The position numbers and the translations under genes were made by a program. This document shows, in pieces, positions 24,721-38,405 of a stretch of 58,330 nucleotides of DNA. The notes beneath the pieces are model-generated. The model saw only the letters and a program-made list of their open reading frames with translations, was not told the DNA's origin and searched no databases. Source of the DNA: Vicugna vicugna (Eukaryota); assembly GCA_013265495.1 (NCBI GenBank), contig MU057560.1, forward strand, positions 1,843,664 to 1,901,993, written 5' to 3'. Position 1 is the first letter of the stretch. Each line of letters opens with the position of its first letter.

Positions 24721-27700
24721 CATGGAAGGGTGAAACGCAAACTTAGAGCTTAAACGTTGAATCCTAGAGCCTGGAAATCTAGGGGGAGGAGTTTACCATC
24801 GATTTGGTTACAGTGAGTGGAGGCTGCACGGCTGTGCGGGATAGCACTGGGTTTCAGCCACGGTAAGCTGCCCCTTGTGGATGGGATGTCACCTGTGGGA
24901 GGAGACAGGCTGTCGCAGGAGTACCTCGTGGTCAATTACAGCAGTGGGCGTGGACGTGGAGGGAAGAGAAGGAACAGGTGGGCCCCACAGGACTCACCCC
25001 CTCTGCTGAGCACCCCCAAGCCTCAGCCTGAGTCAGTCACCCGGACGGCTGGCTGGGCCCCGGCCCCGGAGTTTCTGATGCAGCGAGTCTAGGGCTAGTC
25101 CACCTCTAACAAGTGCAGCTCCAAGAACCGCCGCCTCGGGTCAACCCTGGAGGCCTGCGGAGGAGAGCTTCCAGACCGGAGACTCGTGGGACACCATGGA
25201 GAGCCACGCTGCGCGGGGGCCAGTGGCTGCGACGTGGAACACGGGCTTCCCAGAGAAGAGCGGTGCTGGGAGTTCTGTTCTTCTGCCATCACCTGGGGGC
25301 AATCAGGGCCCATCCCCGGAGGGCTGACAGGTGACACCAGTGTCCCCAGGAGTAAGTCAGGGCGCTGCAGACACCCTCGGCAGCGAGAGGCCCCGGGAGA
25401 CAGCGGGACTGACACGTGCTCCCAGAGCCAGGGCACCAGGGCTGGACGGCAGGGCACCAGGGGCGGAGGGCGTGCGAGACCCCCGCAGCAGCAGCAGCGC
25501 TGGGCTGTGCAGGTTACTGTCTGGAAGGTGGACAGAGGAATTCTCCCAGGAAGCAGGAGGGAGTGGTAACAGGATACGTAGAAGGTAAGAAATCAAAATG
25601 AGGAGCAGTGCCAACTCCCGGATAATAAGAACCCCCAGACCAAGTTACAGTAGAAGTAGCAAGAAATACACGTAGAAATAATGAAGCTGAGGTCACAGAT
25701 TCACAGAAAGAGGGAAGGCCTCCAACGGGAAGAGCCCATGGGTGGTGCAAAAGCTCAGGGCGGACAGTTAGGTCCAGGGCACACGCCCCACACACGCCCG
25801 ACAAGTGCAGACTGAACTGGACGCGGAGAAGGAAAGTAGTTGTGCCTGAGTCTCAGGACTGCCCAGGGGCCGCGCACCACCCTTCTCTTCCAGCAGGTAA
25901 CATGGAAGGAGCCCAGGGCCACGGGACCTCGGCCGGCCAGCTCACCCTCTTTCACCTTCATTTCCCTCCCCAGGCTGACGCCTTTCCCTTCCTGGACAGC
26001 ACCTGGCCAGCCTCACACCCAGGTAGTTCCCGTAACACTGCCTTTCCCAACCAGGGCCGGACCAGGGTGAGGCCAGAGAGGCACCCGGGATGCACGTCTG
26101 GGGCGGTGCCCACCTCCGGGGCAGCCGGCCTCTCCTCCCAGGCCCCCAGCCCGCCCGAACCCGACTCCTGCCCTTTCTCACGCCGACCCTCTCCTCTGCC
26201 ATGTTCCTCGACTCCAAGCCGGGGGGTCTCCTCTCCTAGACAGTCTGCCCTCCGCTGCAAGGACCGACTGATCCTGCCCTGTCTGCCACAAGCTCCCGGG
26301 GTGAGCGGCATAGGCCGGCCCCCCATGGTCAGCATCGTGCCCACCACGTAATCCACAAAATGTCTGTGAGAAGCACGTTTCCTAACACCAAGACCAGCAA
26401 TAATCCCGCACACAGAGACCCACACACAACTTCACTTAAGGATTTCTCTGAAATATACAAACACGATGCACAAACACACACTCCTGCAAGCTCAAAAGCA
26501 TCCAGTAAATCAACCAATTTTACCACCACTGACAATTGGACTACATTTCCAATCGACACGAGAAAAAGGTGTAACAGAACCCCCACCGAAGCACGTTAAC
26601 ATTATCTAAGGAAGGATAAACACAGATGGATACAGACGACTTTTCGAACGTATATTACACATTAGCTCTAGGCTCCGTTCAAACCAACATGTATATTGAC
26701 GTTAAAAAGCCCCAGTGTGCGCGTCACACGACTGCCCGGCTCACCGCGCGCGCTCTCTCAGCTTTCTCCCTGTCTGCAGCTTCTGCACTCTCCCTGAACT
26801 CGGCCGCAGAGAACTAACTTAAGTCCAGGGGAAAAAGAGAGAAAGTTACTGATCCAGTGTCCTATTTTCCCTCTAAGTACCTTACTTGCCTGCTCGCCTC
26901 TCCCCTACGAGGATTTTTCTCTTACTTTCGCCACCACGTGACACTTAGGATTAATTCCACTGTTTCTGGCTTCTTTCAAAAACACGCACACTTGTATCTG
27001 CTCCACACGGTTGTCCCTGTTTCTTCAGGAGAGAAACACTAATATTTACAACTGCATTCTGGACTCGGGCACTGACGGTGCTGATCGTACAGACGCCCGC
27101 CTTCCCAGAACGTCTGTGGTCGCCGTTCCTCACCGCGCTCGCCAGGCCGGCAGCCAGCCCGGGCCCTGGGGCTCCCAGCACTTACGTCTTACCACCAGTA
27201 AGTGCGTCTGTCCACTGGGCTTGCCGGTAACGCAACTCTTGGGAGATCCATCTTTTATGTTTAATTGACCCCCGAGGGAGTTAGTTGACAACAAAGTGAA
27301 AAGGAGTAACATCTTCGCTCTTCCCCCGCAGCGCCTGCCATCGGGGACCACCGCTGTGCACAAAGATGACCCTTCAGCCTCAAACCACGTCTCCTGAGTC
27401 CTCGCCTTTAAAGATCAAGACTGTCTTCTCTGCATTTTCTCAACACCCTCCCACGGCAGGGCTCGGCCTGCTCGTCACCCCAGCGCCGTCCCCGACGCCA
27501 GGTCTTAACCTCCCACTACGGCTTTGCATCCATGCCGCTCCTCACTGCTCCCTCTGAGACCCCCACAGCCAGGCCCGTGGTCTGACCCCCTGCTGTCCCC
27601 CCTAGCCAGCTCCCCCTTAAACCCCTGTGCACACGGAACCTCTCCCCTGCTGGTCCCTGCCCACACGCAGCCATGGACGACTCCATCCACCTGCCCGTCT

Positions 27701-28256
27701 CGTCCAAGGACCCTGCAGCCCTGCAGCTGCCACTGCAGATCCCAGCATCCGGTCCCACTGGGCTCGGCACTGCTCGGCAAACCCCCGGTCCTTCTGTTCA
27801 CTGCCCTGCTCTCCTCTCCCCTCCCCAGCGCCCATCTTCCAGGTCACAGCACCGTCCATCTGCTCAGGACCTTGTCCCCCCACCACCCCGCCTCTCACGT
27901 CCCACCCTCCAGCCCAGGACCCCACGGCCTGGCTCTAGGACCTTCCTGGTCTACTGCATCCTCGCAGTAACACTCAGTTGTATGCAGGGAACGACGGAGA
28001 ACTTCCCCCAAAACGCCACACTCGCTCATGGTCACGGCTGCAGCCCCACCCCTCGCCCGCTGCTCACCAAGCCCCCTTGTCAGCTGTAGTCACCACGCCC
28101 AGCGCGGGGCGGATGCTCAGTAACTTTGTTGAACAAATAAAATCAGAGTGAGCCATGAATCATTTCAGACCTTGCTGGTCCAGGCAGGAAATCCTCCTTG
28201 AAAAGCACAAAACAAGCCCCCAGACCCAGGTCCCCACAGCCGAGTGAGAGCCTTAC

Positions 28257-28385
28257 TTTCGAACGCCTCCCAGAGGAAAGACTTTCTCTCCAATCGTGGC
28301 CAGCACACAATTCCACTCCATCAGGCTGAATTTGGGGATAATAATTTTCACAGGTGGGATAAATAATCTTCCATTTGTGAAAACA
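28257..28385 (-). CDS. DCDC2C: DCDC2C exon 4 (129 nt), second DCX domain: (N)VFTNGRLFIPPVKIIIPKFSLMEWNCVLATIGEKVFPLGGVR
   Basis: ttattcttgcag| acceptor; AA|gtaagg donor; in frame; DCX motif FTNG...W..VL..I.EKV...GGVR. Translated by hand; this frame is not in the supplied ORF track. Confidence 0.93.
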
Positions 28386-28717
28386 CTGCAAGAATAAAAG
28401 GAAAAGCCATCATTAGTGCCTCACGCTTTAGGGAAAACTCTGGGAATTCAAGAAAAGCATGTAATTAGAGAACCGTGACAGCCCCTCAGGGCCCACATCC
28501 CACCCCAGAGAGGACGGCCACCAGCCGCCCGGGCGCTCAGAGCCAGCAACGGAACAGGAGCACTGGGGACATGGCTTCATAGGATATGAAACACCCAGAG
28601 GAACAGGACTAAACAATATCCTTTTTAAAATACGCCTTCATGACAGCGGGTAACACAGATGAAAACTGTGACCAGCTGGAAAACAAACGGGGATGTTCTG
28701 CCTATAAAAATGCAGCT

Positions 28718-29283
28718 GTTAACCAGGATACGGAAGCACCTAAATGCCCATCGACAGATGACTGGGTGAGGAAGATGCGGTGCATGTACATACATATACA
28801 CACAATGGAGTACTACTCAGCCATAAAGAGGGTGAAATAACGCCACTTGCAGCATCATGAGTGGACCTCGAGATGATCATACTAAGTGAAGTAAGTCAGA
28901 CAGAGAAAGACACATACGTGGTATCACTTTTATGTAGAACCTAAAAAACGATGCAAAGGAGCTTATTTACAAAAGAGAAACAGACTCACAGACAGAAAAC
29001 AAACTTATGGTTTCTAAAGGGGAAAGCGGGGGGAGGGATAAATTGGGAGTCTGGGATTAACAGCTACACCACTGCTGTATGTACAACAGACGAACCGCAG
29101 GGTCCTACCGTGCACCACAAGGATCGGTGCTCAGTACCTTGTAAAAGCCTATGATGAAAAATACGTATATAACACACACGCATCACGTGTGACTGAGTCC
29201 CCTTGCCGTGCACCGGGAACTAGCACGCTATACGTCAACTACACCTCAACAAAAAAATTAAGTCAGTCAATAAATAATAGTTC
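28718..29283 (+). mobile_element. 5'-truncated L1 (ORF2 end + 3'UTR)
   Basis: PKCPSTDDWVRKM...MEYYSAIK peptide; TSD AAATGCAGCT at 28708-28717 and 29284-29293. Confidence 0.9.
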
Positions 29284-31459
29284 AAATGCAGCTACCGTCC
29301 CTTCCCACTGTCCCAAGACAGGGTCCCAAAGGCGGTTACGTGCATCCTGGGAAAGATGACAGGCGCTGCTGGCTTCACTCTCGCAGGGGGCAGGGTGTGG
29401 CCGGCACAGACCCAGCGCAGTTACCGGCTCTCTGGCGCTGCGAGGCCGCGCCGCGTGGGCACAGCTCCAGATCCCCGTGGCTCACCTTACGACGCCGTGA
29501 AACACGCACGTCAGGCTGCAGGAGCTCAGCTGGACCACACCGGGCTGCAATGTGTTGCTCTACCATTTGTGACGACTTGCTTTATTGTCACTGTTTTTCT
29601 TTAAATGCAAATAATATTGGAGAAATACATCTTTTATCAGAGTAAATGTAAATTTTAATTTAAAATGTTTGTACACAATAAAGAGAATTCGTTTTCTCAG
29701 CCGAGGCTCTGTAGCAAAAGGCCTGCAATCAACCCAGAGGCGACCTTTCTCCATATTTAAATACCACCCGAAAACAAACCCCGAAAGGGAAGCTCCGCCG
29801 GGCTGAGCACAGGCACCCCTGGGGCTGTCACCGCCGCACGGGAGGCCGGCCGCGCCCCACCTGCTGGTGCTGCTGCGTGGTTTGCGCCAAAGTCTTTCCA
29901 AACACAGATGACTAGCAATAACATGGAGAGAAGTGCTGAGACAAGGCCATTTGTATTTTTATCCAAGTTTTTTTAAGATACTTACTATGCGTTCTCATCC
30001 TGAGGGCGGGGGAACGGGTACGCTGCCGTGAGCTCGGAGAGCCCTCCTAACCACTTCGTCTTTAAGTTACAAGGTCTCCAAGGAAACATGATCAGGCCTC
30101 TTCTTGGTAGAAAAGACCCTGCATTTGGATGGATGTCTGGGTCCACCTAGTGGAATTTCTAGCACACCAACGTAAAGAATGGGGCACATGTCTTAAGACT
30201 GACCAGTTTATAACAGAAACAAAATCTATCAAAATAAGTGAGAACCATTGACATCTTCAGTCATACCAAAAAGAAAAAATACGTATCCCCTGGGTATGTG
30301 TCTCCGCCAGGAAGGACCCACAAGCCAATAATGTTCCCTGAGATTTCCATCCATTCTTCAGAAAAGGGTGCCCTTCACACACTCAGGGACACTGTGCTTC
30401 TCAGTATTTCAAAACAGCTCTCAGTTATATAAAAGGCACAGCGGAAAGATCTCGGATGTGTACAGTGGCCCCCCTGCAGAAGTTCAAGGAGAGGTGTTTT
30501 AAAGAATGATGGTAGGGTTTGGAAGGAAAGTGGAAGGAGCAGCTTAGCTAATAAACAGGTCGTGTTTCCTCCATCCTGGGCTTCCCATCTGGGGCTTCGC
30601 TGGGTCTGGCAGGGTCCTCGGTCCTCTGCTGGGCAGTGGGGCATGAGGGACCACTCAACCCAATGTGGCAGACGTGACCCCAGCCAAGCGAGGCTGGGAC
30701 TGCCGGCTGCTGGTGACCCTCGGACACGGAGCCCACGACCCCGAAAAGTCACTGAAATTCCTCCCACTGGGAGCAGAGCCGGGTAACGTCATGTCAGGGA
30801 TGTCATCCCTAAAGTATCAGAACACCACCACACAAGAAGGATTTGGGGGAACGGCCACCCTTGACGAGCACTGGGCAGGGCTTCCTGGGAGCGGCCCCAC
30901 TGAGCCTTCTCCATCCTTGCTGGCGGATGTCACCTTCCTGTTACAAACGAGGACGCCAGTTCGGAGAGAGGGTGTATGTGCCAGTCACAGAGCCAACAAG
31001 GTGAAAGGCGGGATTTGAACCAGCGCTTCGTCTGGGTCAAGTATGTTCTCCTTCTGCAACCCCAAATGTACGGCAGGTGGGCCCACAAAGGGGTCCCGAT
31101 TAACCTGGACAGACAGGCTGCACTGCCCCTCCATGCCAGCAGCTCCCTGGAGCAGCCAGGAATCCGGGCACCCTGGTCCTGGGGGGCCCTGCCGAGGGTG
31201 TGTCCCCACAGGGCTTTGGCAGTGAGAGCTCGCGGTGGGAACCTAACTTCTACGTTTCCTTTCCACCTGCAGCAGCTGCAGTGACCAGATTACCAAAAAT
31301 CAATTAAAAGCCAAGGCTACACTGTGTGCTTCCGCCGCCCCCACGTGAACGGTGAACTGCGGGGGGGCAATCAGATTGCTTTTCCAAAACCAAGGTTCAA
31401 GAGAGGAAGAATCTGCAGCCCCTGAAAGGCCGGATCACAGGGAAGAAGGGAAGGAACAG

Positions 31460-31580
31460 CCTCAGAGGGAGGGGGAGGAGGGGGGANNNNNNNNNNNNNN
31501 NNNNNNNNNNNNNNNNNNNNNNNNNNNNNNNNNNNNNNNNNNNNNNNNNNNNNNNNNNNNNNNNNNNAGAGGGGAGGGGT
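31460..31580 (+). repeat. Purine-rich (G/A) low-complexity tract interrupted by an 81-N gap (31487-31567)
   Basis: gagggagggggaggagggggga ... agaggggagggg flanking the Ns. Confidence 0.7.
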
Positions 31581-31622
31581 GACGTCTGTAAGGCGCTCAG
31601 AGAAGTGGCGGCTGGTACTCAC

Positions 31623-31699
31623 TTTATTTGTCGGGACGGACGGTGAACCATCTGCCACCTGGAAGGCACATTGATGTTGCAGTGCACCACCGGTTTGAT
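31623..31699 (-). CDS. DCDC2C: DCDC2C exon 3 (77 nt): IKPVVHCNINVPSRWQMVHRPSRQI
   Basis: tctcttttcag| acceptor; AA|gtgagt donor; DCDC2-family linker motif IKPVVH. Confidence 0.93.
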
Positions 31700-31879
31700 C
31701 TGAAAAGAGAAACAGTACGCCTGAGGACTCAGCTCCAGCCTGCACACACCTGTTAAACACCACCCGTATACACAGCACTGCCCCAAACCTAAGGGAAGGT
31801 GGGGGTGGCACCGCCGCTTCTCTGAACCAAGCTTGTTCCCACAGGCGCTCGCCCCGGCATGTGCCCCCCGGTCTCTGCA

Positions 31880-32135
31880 CAGCTCAGACGCCAGCTCCTC
31901 CGGGAGGCCGGCCCTGACGACCACACACCTTGAGTTACTTCCACCCCGGCACTAGCACTGCCTGACATTTCTGTGCTGATTTATTTGCTTGTTACTGACT
32001 CCTCCTTGCAGACCGGCAGCCTCCTGAGAGCAGGGACCGTGCTTGTCCTGTTCAGTGAGGTGTCCCCGGGCCGTGAACCACGAGTGGCCCCGAGAGCAGG
32101 ACTGGTAAGTATTTCATGAATATGAATGAATGAAT
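31880..32135 (+). mobile_element. L2 3' end
   Basis: ctcctgagagcagggaccgtgcttgtcctgttcagtg...aagtatttcatgaatatgaatgaatgaat (L2 TGAA tail). Confidence 0.75.
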
Positions 32136-35100
32136 GGTGAGCGCCTGAGTGACGACAAGTGAAAAACGGCTCTGATACTCTGGAAAGGTCCCCAGAAAAG
32201 GTGATGTCACTGAAGCCTGGCAATCCACACCCACACGCCCCGTTACCCCGTAGTCACGCTATATACAAACTCGTACACGCCTCGGACGGACAGGGACAAA
32301 ATCAGTGCCATGAATAACAACGGCCACCACGAACTTACAGACCTAGTTTGGAAACACAACAACAGAAATTATCCTCTGCAGAATTCTGCTAAGGTGCAGC
32401 TGCCCTAAGAAACGCTTTCTGCTCGATAGCATAAAATTGCAGAAACAATGAACTGACTGCTTTTCCATGTGTTAATGACTCATTAACCCCGATAACACCT
32501 GCCTAATTAGGTAACGCCAGCAATTACAGACACGACTCTTGACGCTCCCCCGTCCTCCACACGATAATCGCCTCAGAAGTTTCAGGCAAACAGTTTTCTG
32601 TCACTGTGTGGTGGTGATGACAGTTTCAAAGACCCGTGTCACTCACCTGTCCCGAGAGGCAGGACGCAGTGGGCCCTGGAGGTCTTTCGTAAGGGTCCAG
32701 GGTAACTGAACCAAGTTTGCATCCGTGATGGAAGACACTCGAGGCTACCGAAGCTGTGTTTCCCCAAGTAGCACCTACGGTTTGTTGAATGTCTGCTGTG
32801 TTTCAGGCCCTGCACTCACACCTTTCCAGACATTCATACCTAACCCTCAAAGCAGCCAGGCAAAACATCCAGGTGACAAAGAATCAGAGAGGGTATGTAA
32901 CCTTCCCAGGAACACACAGCTCTGAAGTGTCTTGGTCACAATAAGTCATCACAAAACATTTCACTGCAGTTTTTAGCAAAATGGGGATTTGAACCTACAC
33001 CAGCACAGCATTTAGGAGCCTGTTTTCAGCCACCTCGATTCCGGTACAGACTCCGCCACCTTCTCACCACGTGACCTGGATCCGGTCGTCTCACCTCCCC
33101 GAGCCTCCGCTCGCTCAAGCATGCAGTGCGGAGGAAGGGGGTGCGTGTCCCATGGGTCTGCTTCCGACGTGAGGAACACAGGCGAGGGACGCGCTGCCGG
33201 GGCTCGGCGGTGAGCCCGGAGCCCACTCGATAGCAGTCCTGGTGATTCTTGTTGTTGCTCCGAAGTCCCTGCTCTTTGCACCTCATCATCCTGCTCCAAC
33301 TGCCCTCAGGGGCCCTCCTCACAGCCTTTTTCACGCAAAACATCACACATCACACAAGAAGAATCTCACATCAAGAGAAGTCCTGGTCAGGCACCGACAC
33401 CAAGGAGAGAACCTCGTCATAAACAGTGTCCATCAGGGTCCGGTGCTCACAGCGCCAGGAAGGTGAGCGCACGCAGGCGGTCCTGCTGACCGGCTCAGCG
33501 CAGGTGCTCGGCCCGAGGCTACACAGATCACTGTCCAGAGATGCCCAGCTGCCGCGGACCGCAGGAGCCCACACAAGGTGCAGTGGTCCCTGCACTTCTC
33601 ATTTCAGTCACTGAGAAAAGGTTGCCCTGGCTCACCTCCAAAGTCACTTCAAATTCCCATTCCGTGATGCTGTGAATTAAAATAAAAGTCAGCTTCGCTC
33701 TTTCGCAAAGATGTCCAGCCTTATTCTGGAGCAGCGACGTGATAACGGGAAGGAGGCAGGCAGATGAGAGCTCACCCCTCACCCACCCAGCACCACGACC
33801 TGCAGAAATGTGGCGAATCCGGGCAAACCCTCAGTGTTCCAGCCCCCTCCCTGCTTTCACGCGGCATTACGGGCCCTCGAGGGGGAGGGCAGGCAAGTGT
33901 GCCCAAAACACGGTTGGGGAAATGGGCTCCTCAGCCCCCGTGGTCATAGTAATGATGAGTTTTTATTTTTTATCTTTAGGAAATTTTTGCCTTTTTTGAC
34001 ATTAAAAAAAAAACAGCATGACTAGGGTCTTACAACTGACTGATCAGGTGTCATGCACTTTGTAAAGTACTGTTTTAATCCTAATAGTTAGGATTTCGCC
34101 CCGTCTGGAAAGAAGGACGGAAGCAGGGGCACGTGCCTGCCCAGCCCTCCGAGCGCTCCTGGACTGAGACGCGCAGGAGGGGTCCGTGTGCGGGTCAGCT
34201 GTCCCCTCTGAGACACAGCGGAGCCGGTCACGAGGGGCCTGGAGTGGGGATTTGCCAGAGGGAGAGGCACAGAGGGCTCAGGGTCGCCAGGCCGGCAGCC
34301 CCTCGTTTCCGACGCCAGGACTGGGCCCTGGGGACCAGCAACCGTCCCGGAGTCGGAAGTGTTGTGTCACAGCAGCTGAGCCAAGCGCTCGCGCCACCCA
34401 GACTCCCACCAGAGCAGCCCAAAGAGCAACGCCATTCCAGCTTTTATATTTCAAACCCTGTTAGTTCGGCAATTTCTTTCTTTAGCGGGAAAGATGCTTT
34501 ATCTTCTCCAAAGATTCTGAATCACCGACGGCTCCCTGACGCGTTTCTTTCTCCCTCTCCTCATCGCTGTCGTCACCGCCTCTTCCTCAAAAAGTGGGAA
34601 CACAAAACGCAAAGCAACTAACCCACCGGCAAGTATCCTTGGAGCGAGCCCAGCACGCACAGGGCCTGAACTACAGGAAGGAGTCAGGCCGTGGAGGACG
34701 AGAAGAGCCGTTCAGTGAGGCAGGAGGAACAGCACACACAGCGCTGGTCAGAGGGCCCCAGCCCATCCTCGTGGACACAAGGGGGGGGAACGGAACACGC
34801 ATCCAGACTGGATCTCGCACACAGAGGGAGCGGTGCCGGGTGAGGCTGAGGAAGAAAGCAAGTGGCAGATGAAGACGGGATCGCGCTCAGCAGCGCAGGC
34901 TCCACCCCTCAGAGCAGGGCGCACCTTGGCGGGTCTGAACCAGGGGACGGATGTGATCAGACTGGAAAGGGCCGGGCTGCACGCAGGAGGACCAGCCGGA
35001 AGGCAGGAGCCTCTCTCCAGGAACAGCTCTTGGTGTCCTCAACAGAGTAAGAGGAACAGAGACAGCAGCAAGAGAGTGGACTTGAGAGGAGGTAGACGGG

Positions 35101-35539
35101 GGGCCGGGAGGGGCTGGGGGGCTTCTGGGAGAAGTGAGAACTAGGAATAGCGTCTAGGTTTCTGGTCTGAGGGGCCGAGAGCACAGTTCCAACCTCTGAA
35201 ACAGGGAACACAGATAATGACTGGGCTTGGGGAAGACGCCAAACTTGACGTGCCGAATCCGGGTATCCTTGGGACGTCCAGGTGACAGTGCCTCGTAGAC
35301 AGAGGAGTGGGTCCTGAGTCAGAGAGACATGCGAGTCTTGGGCACGTGGGTGACGGTGGAAGCCACGGAAGAGATGGGGGAGGAGAGGAACCAGGGCAGC
35401 CCTCGGAGGGACATGGACACACAAAGGACAATGACAGTAGTTCCACACGGAGAATTCAGACGAAACAACCACAGAGAGTGAGAAGAGAGAAGGGTTTCAG
35501 ATGACAAGGGAAGAAATGGTTTCAAGGATGAGAAAGGGG

Positions 35540-36655
35540 ACCAGTTCACAGCCACCAGCATGGCTATAATTGAAAAAGGTTTAAATGCCCATCAACTTCA
35601 GAATGAATTAAACACGGTGCATTCATACAGTGGGATGTTATTCAGCCCCGGAAAGGCATAAAAAGACAACACATGCTACAACACAGGGAAACCTTAAAAA
35701 CGTTACGCTAAGTTTAAGTAGGCACATGCGGAGGGCCCCAAATAGTGTGATTCTACTTGGACAAAATGTCCAGACTATGCAAATCCCCAGAGTCACCTGC
35801 TACCACTCATCTTCGCTCACCCACTCGTGGGCGGCTCCCGAGCAATTCTTCCTATTCTCTCCCATCATCAGTCTACCCACAAAAGACCCTGAATAGCCAA
35901 AGCTCTCTTGACAAAGAAGCAAAGCTGGAGGCATTTACAATCCATAAATACAAGCTATTAGGTGATCAAACCTGACGGTGCTGTGCACAGACAGCAGGTC
36001 ACCGGGACAGAGCCAAAAGTCCAGAAACAAGCCCACGGGTATACGGCCGATTACTTTTCAGCAAAGGATCCAAAAGTATACCATGAGGAAAGCAGGGTCT
36101 CTTGAACAAATGGTGCTGGGAAAACTGGGCAGCCACATGCAGAAGAACGGACCTGCACACGGAAGTCAACTCAAAATGGACTGAAGACCGGAAGGTGAAA
36201 CCCAAAGCCGTGAAACTAGAAGAACACATAGGGCATCTTGGCGTCGGTCTTGGCAGTGATTGTTGGTATTTGACGCCGAAAGCAAATGTAACAAGAGCAA
36301 AACTGAGCAAGCGGGACGGCATCAAACGTCATACATAAGAAGCTTCCACTCAGCAAAGGAAACCAGAAAAAAAATGGAAAGGCAACCTACCGAGTGAAAG
36401 AAAACACTTGCAAACCGTGTATCTGCTAAGAGGTTACTAACAAAGAACTCACACAGCTCAGCAGCAAAAACAGACACACACACAAATAAATACCCTAGTT
36501 TAAAAATGGGCAAAATACTGAACAGACATTTTCCCAAAGAAGACGTACCACCAGCCAAGAGGTGCAGGGAGACGTGCTCAGCAGCAGTAATTTTCTTCGT
36601 TTTGCATCAGGGAAACGCGCACCAAATCACAGTGAGGTGTCACCTCACACCTCGC
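35540..36655 (+). mobile_element. Degraded L1 fragments (3' piece ~35540-35790; ORF2 piece ~35865-36655)
   Basis: ORF-track peptides NKWCWENWAATCRR and ILNRHFPKED are L1 ORF2-like; frameshifted. Confidence 0.85.
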
Positions 36656-38164
36656 TTGGAGGAGCTGCGTGAATTACACAGCAGTTTCTAACAGAAAGAG
36701 AAGCTTCCGAACACACGTGTTCAGGACAGCCCGACAACAGGCGGGGCCCGGGGCAGGACCACGGACAGGAACACGGTGGACCCGGGCGCGGGCTCCGTCA
36801 GCCCAGAGGCCTCCGCCTCCCCGTGACTCCGAACAGAGGTAAATCTCATTCCCCTCGCTTTTCGGTCAGAGAGGGAGTCACGTAAAACACCTGTAAACGT
36901 TCACATTAAAACTTATTTTTAAATCCTTTTCCTTAGAGTCATCGGGAACTGCAGTTCCCTGGAAAATTCACCTCAGTGAGCCACTTCCTTCTCTTCCGTG
37001 ACAGCTTGAGACACGTGAGGTCTAAAGTAGCGTGTGGCCGTCTGACCGCTAGCGTGCCGTTTACCGGGGTGAACCCACCGAAGCGGCAGATTCGGACAAC
37101 GACCCTCGGGGTAAAAACAATAGTGAACTGGGGTCATCTGTTCCCAGAAGTGTAGAGAAAAGCGCCGGGGAGGGCCTCTAACTCCTGCCTAAACCTGCAC
37201 ATGTGAGATTATAAGTCAAACGCTAAGAGGCAGCAACGGAAGTCCTTGAATTAAACTGAGACCAAGGACATTTTTCTCACTAAAATCAACACGACACGGT
37301 CACTGAAACTCAAGATCCCAAGAGCACTTACTTCGAGTCTAATTTTCCTCACCCCTCAGTTTAAGGAAACAGAATTCCAAATTCATTCTGTTGAAGTACT
37401 CTACAAATCACTTCTGTGGCTATGTTAAGTCTGTATTATGTTATTCTGATTAATTTTAAGTAAATTTCTACACCAAGTCAAGTTCTCTTGAGAAGCTTCT
37501 TCAATTTTCCCACTAATATATTTCGACCAAAACAGAAATTCTGTGAAAGAATACCCTATGAAAAGCTAGGTACGTCTACTCTGTGTTACTGCATCACAAA
37601 ATAAGGCAAAATAACTCCATAAAATGTTTAAACACTGAATATCTGGGCATGGCCAAAGCTTACAGTATAGTTCGTTTAATGTTTCTAACAGTGTGCCTGG
37701 TACTCAAAGTGGATGGGGTGCGCCACCCCAGCGTGAAGGCATCAGGGGTGCTACCACCAGCCATTTCCCGAGCTCTCGCAGTGCGCCCGGCACCGTCTCA
37801 CTTTATCCCAGCAGCATTTTGAGAGGGATTATTTCAGATCAAACCCTGCAAGTCTAATCACAGTATGACAAGTTGTCAATCACCCACCTCCTCTGTGGAG
37901 GGACATTCCCGTTGTGTGCAGGTTTTGTAATCACAAAAAAGAAAAAAAAATGCTGGAAAGAGGTGGAACAGCGCTGGGCCAGGATCCCTTCTGCAGTGCG
38001 TCCTCCGGAGCTTCGACTGGCTCAGCACTTTGCACGAATCCTGGAGGACCACGTGCCCCATGTGCTTCAGGGCCCCCTCGCCCACGCTAGCTGGCGCTGG
38101 GGGCCTGCCCGCCCGGCACACAGTGCTGCTCTTTGTGCAGGGCCTGCTCACAAGCCCTCAGAAA

Positions 38165-38405
38165 TAATCCACAGAACGAACAAGGACCTGCCATACAGCA
38201 GTGGGAACCAGACGCCGTGTCTTGTAATGGGCTACAACAGAAAAGGGTCTGAAAACACGTGTGTGTGTGTGTGTATGCGTAACTGAATTGCTTTGCTGTA
38301 CACCTGAAACTAACATTGTAAGTCAACTACAATTAAAAATAAAATTTTAATAAACACATTGCAAACTGACTATACATCAGTGAAAAAGAAATGCAAAAAT
38401 ATCTT
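38165..38405 (+). mobile_element. L1 3'UTR fragment(s) with (GT)n
   Basis: acaaggacctgccatacagcagtgggaac...ctgtacacctgaaactaacattgtaagtcaacta. Confidence 0.8.
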
